Of a DNA stretch of 64,000 nucleotides, positions 57,502 to 64,000 are shown piece by piece. This DNA comes from an uncultured Porphyrobacter sp. GTDB lineage: Bacteria > Pseudomonadota > Alphaproteobacteria > Sphingomonadales > Sphingomonadaceae. Each line of letters starts with the position of its first letter. Position 1 is the stretch's first letter. The stretch is taken from positions 8,435-72,434 of the forward strand of contig CAZCNF010000010.1 in NCBI GenBank assembly GCA_964500135.1. Direction: 5' to 3'. The translations under genes were made by a program, and so were the position numbers. A model generated the notes under the pieces. That model saw only the letters and a program-made list of their open reading frames with translations. It was not told the origin of the DNA and did no database searches.

Positions 57502-60363
57502 ATGGCCCAGCAGCAGCACCTCTACCTCGTTGACGGATCGTCCTACATTTTCCGCGCCTATCACCGGTTGCCGCCGCTGACTGATCCCGAGGGCACTCCG
57601 GTGGGCGCGGTCTATGGCTATACGACCATGCTGTGGAAGCTGGCCGAGGATCTCGACAAGGCCGAGGGGCCGACGCATCTAGCGGTGATCCTCGACAAGG
57701 ACTCGCAAAGCTTCCGCAACGAAATCTACGATGGCTACAAGGCCAACCGGCCCGAACCGCCCGAAGATCTGGTGCCGCAATTTCCGCTGATCCGTGACGC
57801 GACGCGGGCCTTCAGCCTGCCTTGCATCGAAATGCAGGGTTATGAAGCAGACGATCTGATCGCGACCTATGCCCGCGCTGCGCAGGCGCGCGGCTGGAAC
57901 GTCACGATCGTCAGTTCTGACAAGGACCTGATGCAACTGGTCGGCGAGCAGGAAGGGCCAAATGGCCTCGCGCGGATCGACATGCTCGACACGATGAAGA
58001 ACCAGCGCATCTTCCTCGACGAGGTCGAGGAGAAGTTCGGGGTGGGTCCGGAACTGGTTGGCGATGTTTTAGCCTTGATGGGCGATTCGGTCGACAATGT
58101 GCCAGGCATCTACGGGATCGGGCCGAAGACGGCCTCGAAACTGATCGCGGAGCACGGCTCGCTCACTGCCGCATTGGATGCCGCACATGAAATGAAGCCC
58201 TCGAAGCTGCGCGACCGCCTGATCGAAGGGCGCAAGGACGCCGAACTCAGCAAGATCCTGGTCACGCTCAAGGAAGATTGCGAACTGCCGGAGCCGCTGG
58301 ACGACTTCAAGCTTGACGGCGTGCCGCCCGAACCGCTGGCCGCGTTTCTGGCCAAGCATGGTTTCACCTCGCTGCTGCGGCGGCTTGACGGCGGCCACGG
58401 CAGCCCGTCACGCGCCACCGATCTCAACCCGCCCAAGCCGCAGACCGCAGGAGATAAAGGCCAGGCGGAAGGCAACCGCCAGCCGCTGCCCGAAATGCCG
58501 CCAGTTGATCGCAGCGCCTATGAGACGGTGCAGACGATCGAGCGGCTCGAACACTGGGTTGAGCGTGCCTTTGCCGCGCGCCTGGTGGCGGTCGACACCG
58601 AAACCTCGGCGCTCGATTCGGTGGCCGCGGACCTCGTCGGTGTCAGCCTGGCACTCGGCCCCAACGACGCCTGTTACATCCCGCTCGATCATCTCAACGA
58701 AGGCGGGGGCGGCAGTGACATGTTTGCCCAGCGCCCGGAGCAAGTGCCACTGGCGCAGGCCATCGCCGCGCTGAAACCGCTGCTTGAAAGCGACGCGGTG
58801 CTCAAGGTCGGCCAGAACATCAAATATGACATCAATGTGCTGGCCCGCCACGGCATCGCCGTGGCGCCGGTCGATGACACGATGATCCTCAGCTTCACTC
58901 TCGACGCGGGCCGCGCGCAGGACGGGATCGGCGGCGGCCACGGGATGGACGAGTTAAGCGAACGGCACCTTGGCCACACCCCGCTGGCCTTCAAGGATAT
59001 CTGCGGGACCGGCAAGAAGGCGATCACTTTCGGCGAGGTCCCGCTCGACCGGGCGACGGCCTATGCCGCCGAAGACGCCGATGTGACATGGCGCCTGCAC
59101 CAGCACCTGAAGCCGCGTCTCGCGATCGAAGGCGGCACCCGGATCTACGAACGGGTCGATCGGCCGCTGATCCCGGTGGTGGCGCAGATGGAACGGCACG
59201 GGATCAAGGTCGATCGGGCGCGGCTTGTCCGGCTTTCGGAGGAGTTCGCCGCCGAAACGGGTCGGCTCGAGAAGGAAATCCACGCGCTGGCGGGCGAGGA
59301 GTTCACCGTCGGCAGCCCCAAGCAGCTGGGCGACATCCTGTTCGACAAGCTGGGCTATAAGGGCGGCAAGAAGGGCAAGAGCGGCCAGTATTCGACTGAC
59401 CAGAGCGTGCTCGAAGTGCTGGCTGCGCAGGGTGCCGATATCGCGCGCAAGGTGCTGGAATGGCGTCACCTCGCCAAGCTCAAGTCGACCTATACCGATG
59501 TGCTGCAGGAACAGATCAATCCGGCCACCGGCCGGGTCCACACCAGCTACTCGCTGGTCGGCGCTCAGACCGGGCGGCTGTCGTCGACCGATCCGAACCT
59601 GCAGAATATCCCCGTGCGTACGGCGATCGGACGGCAGATCCGCGAAGCCTTCGTGCCTGAGGAAGGCCATGTGCTGCTGGCGGCGGACTATTCGCAGATC
59701 GAACTGCGGCTGGCCGCGCACATGGCCGATGTGGCCACGCTTAAGGAGGCCTTCGCGCAGGGCGAGGACATCCATGCCCGCACTGCCCGCGAAATGTTTG
59801 GCGAAGTCACGCGCGACACCCGCGCACGCGCCAAGACGATCAATTTCGCGATCCTCTACGGCATTTCGCGCTGGGGGCTGGCGACGCGGCTGGAAGTCGA
59901 GCCCGACGAAGCGCAGGCGATGATCGACACCTATTTCCAGCGTTTCCCGGGCATCCAGCGCTATATCCACGATACGCTCGAGGCCGTGCGCGAGCGGGGC
60001 TATTCGGAAACGCTGTTCGGCCGCAAAACCTGGTTTCCCCGGATCAATTCGAAGAATCAGGCCGAACGCCAGGGTAGCGAGCGCGCCGCGATCAACGCAC
60101 CGATCCAGGGGACCAGCGCCGACATCATCAAACGCGCCATGGTGCGGATGATGCCGGTACTGGAAGCCGAGGGCCTGGGCCATGTCCGCATGCTGCTGCA
60201 GGTCCATGACGAACTGGTGTTCGAACTGCCCGAAGCCGACGCTGCTCGCGCCGCTCCGGTGATCGAGCGCGTCATGGCCGATGCCGCGCGGCCCGCAGTA
60301 GAGTTGTCGGTGCCGCTGGGGGTAGATATTGGCACCGGAACCAGCTGGGATGCTGCCCATTGA
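57502..60363 (+). CDS. polA: DNA polymerase I
   Basis: LVDGSSYIFRAY, DTET, DYSQIELR, AKTINF, LQVHDEL. Confidence 0.98.
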   Translation: MAQQQHLYLVDGSSYIFRAYHRLPPLTDPEGTPVGAVYGYTTMLWKLAEDLDKAEGPTHLAVILDKDSQSFRNEIYDGYKANRPEPPEDLVPQFPLIRDATRAFSLPCIEMQGYEADDLIATYARAAQARGWNVTIVSSDKDLMQLVGEQEGPNGLARIDMLDTMKNQRIFLDEVEEKFGVGPELVGDVLALMGDSVDNVPGIYGIGPKTASKLIAEHGSLTAALDAAHEMKPSKLRDRLIEGRKDAELSKILVTLKEDCELPEPLDDFKLDGVPPEPLAAFLAKHGFTSLLRRLDGGHGSPSRATDLNPPKPQTAGDKGQAEGNRQPLPEMPPVDRSAYETVQTIERLEHWVERAFAARLVAVDTETSALDSVAADLVGVSLALGPNDACYIPLDHLNEGGGGSDMFAQRPEQVPLAQAIAALKPLLESDAVLKVGQNIKYDINVLARHGIAVAPVDDTMILSFTLDAGRAQDGIGGGHGMDELSERHLGHTPLAFKDICGTGKKAITFGEVPLDRATAYAAEDADVTWRLHQHLKPRLAIEGGTRIYERVDRPLIPVVAQMERHGIKVDRARLVRLSEEFAAETGRLEKEIHALAGEEFTVGSPKQLGDILFDKLGYKGGKKGKSGQYSTDQSVLEVLAAQGADIARKVLEWRHLAKLKSTYTDVLQEQINPATGRVHTSYSLVGAQTGRLSSTDPNLQNIPVRTAIGRQIREAFVPEEGHVLLAADYSQIELRLAAHMADVATLKEAFAQGEDIHARTAREMFGEVTRDTRARAKTINFAILYGISRWGLATRLEVEPDEAQAMIDTYFQRFPGIQRYIHDTLEAVRERGYSETLFGRKTWFPRINSKNQAERQGSERAAINAPIQGTSADIIKRAMVRMMPVLEAEGLGHVRMLLQVHDELVFELPEADAARAAPVIERVMADAARPAVELSVPLGVDIGTGTSWDAAH

Positions 60364-60412
60364 ACAGGCCAAGGCGCTTTAGGCAGAAGTTGATACGGGA
60401 GAATCACGGCTG

Positions 60413-61486
60413 ATGCTGGAACGGTTCAATCCTGCGAACTGGCACATCGCGTGGGACAATGTCGCGGTAAGTGCCGCAGCCGTGGCCCTCGCCGTGGTCG
60501 CGGCTTACCTGGTCTACCGCATGGTGTTCGCTGTGGCCGGTCGCCTCGCCCGGTTGTCAGAAACCGAAGTCGACGAGATGGTTCTCGACCGGGTGCGTCG
60601 GCCCGTAAAGTGGGGCTTCTTCGCGATCGGGGTGACGCTTGTGGCGCAGGTCGAGCCCGAACTCAAACAATTGTGGGAGCCGATGGCGCGCTTCGTGCGC
60701 CCGGCGCTGCTGGGCTGGATTGCCTATACGCTGGTCAAGGCCTTTACCGCCGCGCTGGAATACCGGCTCGAAATCTCGGACGATCCGGTGGCGGTGCGCA
60801 GCCGCCGCACACGCATTTCCGTGCTGTCGCGCACCGCCACGTTCGCCATCATCCTGATCACTGCGGGCCTGATGCTGATGGGGATACCGGGCGTACGCGA
60901 CATCGGCACCACTCTGCTGGCTTCGGCCGGTCTGGCCGCATTGGCCGTAGGCGCGGCCGCCCAGCCAGCGCTGAAATCGCTGATCGGGGGCTTGCAGATG
61001 GCGTTTACCGAACCGCTGCGGATTGGCGACCTGGTCAAGGTCGATGGTCAGACCGGCCGGGTCGAGGAGATCCGCATGGGTTTTGTGACCGTGCGCACCT
61101 GGGACGAACGCGTGCTGATTGTGCCGACCAACCGCTTTCTCGACCAGCCGTTCGAGAATTGGTCGCGCCGCAATGAAGCGCTGACCGGCCCGGTCTTCCT
61201 GCACCTCGACCCGGCAGTCGACGTGGCCCCGATCCGCGCCGAGTTCGAACGCTATGTCGAGACCAACCCGCTGTTTGACGGGCGCAACCACCAGCTGCTG
61301 GTGACCGAGGCTTTTCGTGACAGCGTCGAACTGCGGATGTCGGTCAGCGCGCGGACCATTGCCGACCTGTTCGAACTGCGCTGCCAGCTGCGCGAACACA
61401 TGCTGAAATGGTTGCGCGATAACCAGGCCGATGCCTTGATCCGGCACCGGCTCGAACCGGCCAGAGCGGCGCCGCCACCCTCCTGA
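60413..61486 (+). CDS. MscS family mechanosensitive channel
   Basis: LLASAGLAALAVGAAAQ, PLRIGD, GRVEEI, ENWSR. Confidence 0.9.
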   Translation: MLERFNPANWHIAWDNVAVSAAAVALAVVAAYLVYRMVFAVAGRLARLSETEVDEMVLDRVRRPVKWGFFAIGVTLVAQVEPELKQLWEPMARFVRPALLGWIAYTLVKAFTAALEYRLEISDDPVAVRSRRTRISVLSRTATFAIILITAGLMLMGIPGVRDIGTTLLASAGLAALAVGAAAQPALKSLIGGLQMAFTEPLRIGDLVKVDGQTGRVEEIRMGFVTVRTWDERVLIVPTNRFLDQPFENWSRRNEALTGPVFLHLDPAVDVAPIRAEFERYVETNPLFDGRNHQLLVTEAFRDSVELRMSVSARTIADLFELRCQLREHMLKWLRDNQADALIRHRLEPARAAPPPS

Positions 61487-61492
61487 TCCGGA

Positions 61493-63835
61493 TCACTCGA
61501 TCCCGCTTTCCTCAGGTCCAGACGCGTGCTTGCGGCCACGGGTCGGCTCGACCATGCCTTCGTGGATGAAGCCGATCGGACGCACTTCGGCCGCGCGCTT
61601 CTTCAGCTCACCGCGCATCTTGCGGTATTCCTCTTCCATGACCTCGGTCACCGTGGCGCGCGAATCCTCCAGTGCGGTCGCGAAGTCTTGCGCCGCGACC
61701 TGGTCGACCTCGCTACCGACTCGGCGCAGGGCGTTGAGCCCGGCGCGGCGCACCAGATCCTCGAGATCCGCACCGGTAAACCGCTCGGTCTTGCCCGCGA
61801 TCGCGGCTAGATCGACATCGGCGGCCAACGGCATATCCCGCGTGTGGATCTGCAGGATATGCTCGCGCCCGCCCTTGTCGGGTGTGCCGACATAGACCAG
61901 CTCATCGAACCGGCCCGGTCGCAGCAGCGCCGGATCGATCAGCGCGGGGCGGTTGGTCGCGCCGATCACCACCACCGACTGCAGTTCTTCGAGGCCATCC
62001 ATTTCGGCGAGGATGGTGTTGACCACCCGGCCGGTGACTTGCGGTTCACCCTGCCCGCTGCCGCGCGCGGGAACCAGGCTGTCGATCTCGTCGATGAAGA
62101 TCACGCAAGGCGCCACCGACCGTGCGCGCTGGAACATCCGCGCGATCTGTTGCTCGCTTTCACCATACCACTTGCTGAGCAGGTCCGAGCTTTTCATCGA
62201 GATGAAATTGGCTTCGGCTTCCTTGGCGACGGCCTTGGCGAGCAGGGTCTTGCCCGTGCCGGGCGGTCCATACAGCAGGAATCCCTTGGCCGGGCGGATC
62301 CCCAGCCGGTCAAAGGCGGCACGGTTCCTGAGCGGAAGCTCGATACCCTCTTTCAGCTTGTCGACCGCTTCGGACACGCCGCCAATGTCGCTCCAGCCGA
62401 TGGTCGGGATCTGCACCATCACTTCGCGCATCGCAGAGGGCTGGACGCGCTTGAGTGCGGCCAGGAAATCGTCGCGTTCGACGCACAATTCGTCCAGCAC
62501 TTCGGGTGGGATGGTGCGTTCGTCGAGATCGAGCTTGGGCATGATCCGGCGCACCGCCTCAATCGCCGCCTCGCGCGCCAGCGCGGCAAGATCGGCCCCG
62601 ACAAAGCCGTGGGTGGTGCGTGCCAGTTCCTGCAGGTCGACCTTCTCGCCCAGCGGCATGCCGCGGGTATGGATTGCCAGGATCTCGCGCCGGCCGCTTT
62701 CGTCGGGCACGCCGATCACGATCTCGCGATCGAAGCGCCCAGGGCGGCGCAGTGCCTCGTCGATCGCGTCGGGCCGGTTGGTAGCGGCGATCACCACCAG
62801 ATTGGCGCGCGCCTCCAGCCCGTCCATCAGGGTCAGCAGCTGTGCCACCAGCCGCTTTTCCGCTTCGCCCGGAACCTGCGTGCGCTTGGGCGCGATCGAA
62901 TCGATTTCGTCGATGAACACGATCGACGGGGCGGAACGGGCGGCTTCCTCGAACACCTCGCGCAGGCGTTTCTCGCTTTCGCCATAGGCCGAGCCCATGA
63001 TCTCGGGCCCGTTGATGGTGAAGAAGGTGGCATCGCTTTCGTTCGCAACGGCCTGCGCCAGCCGGGTCTTGCCGGTGCCCGGCGGCCCGTGCAGCAGCAC
63101 GCCCTTGGGCGGATCGACCCCCAGGCGGGTGAACAGTTCGGGATAGCGCAGCGGCAATTCGACCATCTCGCGCAGCTGGCGGATGGTGTCGCCCATCCCG
63201 CCGACATCGTCGTAATTGACCACGGCCCGCCCGTCGCGCGGCTCCTCGAATTCGGCGCGCAGTTCGACCTCGGTGTTCTCGTCGATGTGGACGATGCCCT
63301 TGGGTGACGTCGATACCACCGAGAGGCGGATCTGGGTCAGCGCATAGGCGGGCGTGCGCAGCAACTGGCGCAAGTCGGGCGGCATGTTCTGCACCGGCTG
63401 CTGGCCAGTCGTCGCCACCAGGTCACCAGCCATCACCGGGCGACGGAAGAAGTTGCGCTTGAGGGCCTGGCCCGGGCCCTGCAGCCGCATCTCGCGTTGG
63501 GCTGGCGCGAATACGACTCGCGTGGCCGGACGTGACTGGGCAACAGCGATCGTCACGTGCTCGCCCGAGCCGACCCCGGCATTGCCGCGCTGCAGCCCGT
63601 CGAGCCGCACCACGTCGAGCGCTTCGTCTTCCGGATAGGCCGCCATGGCGATCGCCGGTGTGCCGCGCTTGCCGGTGATCTCGATCACATCGCCTTCGGC
63701 AATGCCCAGCGCCTTGAAGGCCGAGCGCGGGATCCGCGCGATGCCCTGACCCGATTCCTCCTGGCGGGCTGCGGCGACCTGCAGCCGGACGGTTTCGGGC
63801 TCTGGCTTGGTCTTGCTGGCGGGCGCATCGGCCAT
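61493..63835 (-). CDS. CDC48/p97-family double-AAA ATPase
   Basis: N-domain plus two [20 protein letters not shown] modules; PSAMRE linker; start placed at ATG 63835. Confidence 0.95.
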   Translation of the reverse strand: MADAPASKTKPEPETVRLQVAAARQEESGQGIARIPRSAFKALGIAEGDVIEITGKRGTPAIAMAAYPEDEALDVVRLDGLQRGNAGVGSGEHVTIAVAQSRPATRVVFAPAQREMRLQGPGQALKRNFFRRPVMAGDLVATTGQQPVQNMPPDLRQLLRTPAYALTQIRLSVVSTSPKGIVHIDENTEVELRAEFEEPRDGRAVVNYDDVGGMGDTIRQLREMVELPLRYPELFTRLGVDPPKGVLLHGPPGTGKTRLAQAVANESDATFFTINGPEIMGSAYGESEKRLREVFEEAARSAPSIVFIDEIDSIAPKRTQVPGEAEKRLVAQLLTLMDGLEARANLVVIAATNRPDAIDEALRRPGRFDREIVIGVPDESGRREILAIHTRGMPLGEKVDLQELARTTHGFVGADLAALAREAAIEAVRRIMPKLDLDERTIPPEVLDELCVERDDFLAALKRVQPSAMREVMVQIPTIGWSDIGGVSEAVDKLKEGIELPLRNRAAFDRLGIRPAKGFLLYGPPGTGKTLLAKAVAKEAEANFISMKSSDLLSKWYGESEQQIARMFQRARSVAPCVIFIDEIDSLVPARGSGQGEPQVTGRVVNTILAEMDGLEELQSVVVIGATNRPALIDPALLRPGRFDELVYVGTPDKGGREHILQIHTRDMPLAADVDLAAIAGKTERFTGADLEDLVRRAGLNALRRVGSEVDQVAAQDFATALEDSRATVTEVMEEEYRKMRGELKKRAAEVRPIGFIHEGMVEPTRGRKHASGPEESGIE

Positions 63836-63932
63836 GGGATGGCTACCTTGTGCTGCTGTTTGAGCATCCAAGCTAGGAAGCCAAAGCCGAATGTGCAAAT
63901 TCCGCAGCCACCACCGGCTATCGGATGCAGCC

Positions 63933-64000
63933 AAAGAAAAAGGCCCGACCAAGTGGCCGGGCCTGAAAGTCTTTGGGAGAGGATGCCTAAAAGGCCTGCT
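63933..64000 (-). ncRNA. Candidate sRNA 3' part: CCUCUCCC motif plus terminator (suhB/MmgR-like)
   Basis: Minus strand reads GCCT-TTT-AGGC ATCCTCTCCCAAAG ... AGGCCCGGCCA-CT-TGGTCGGGCCT TTTT; may continue past the window end. Confidence 0.45.

Overview
GC-rich alphaproteobacterial chromosome segment. Gene content and protein sequences point to Sphingomonadales, probably Erythrobacteraceae (inference). Bases 1-~10080 are the right part of a satellite-like island integrated at the 3' end of tRNA-Leu(CAG). Its core is P4-type integrase, a Mesh1-like HD hydrolase, AlpA/Xis, a DUF3631 replication protein with iteron-like 9-bp repeats and a DUF2280/TerS-like gene. Its cargo is a defence operon: a type I R-M specificity subunit (HsdS) with an extra ~74-aa C-terminal domain and its own internal RBS/ATG, tightly coupled to an ABC-type ATPase and an HNH nuclease (PtuAB/Septu-like). 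This operon is the best candidate for an undescribed system. The rest is mostly core genome (purU, purT, lysC, ubiG, ruvC, pyk, gltX, rpoBC, rplJL, groESL, polA, CDC48-like ATPase). Other points of interest: a secreted phosphatase/CotH-like kinase/DUF4956 trio between rpoB and rplJL, a PilZ-XRE regulator that seems to need an ATT start, a quinohemoprotein ADH with a D-x-D lanthanide-type motif, a chromosomal AAC(3)-I homolog, and an Illumina P5 adapter assembled into lysC (artifact). All family calls come from motif recognition by eye; no searches were run.
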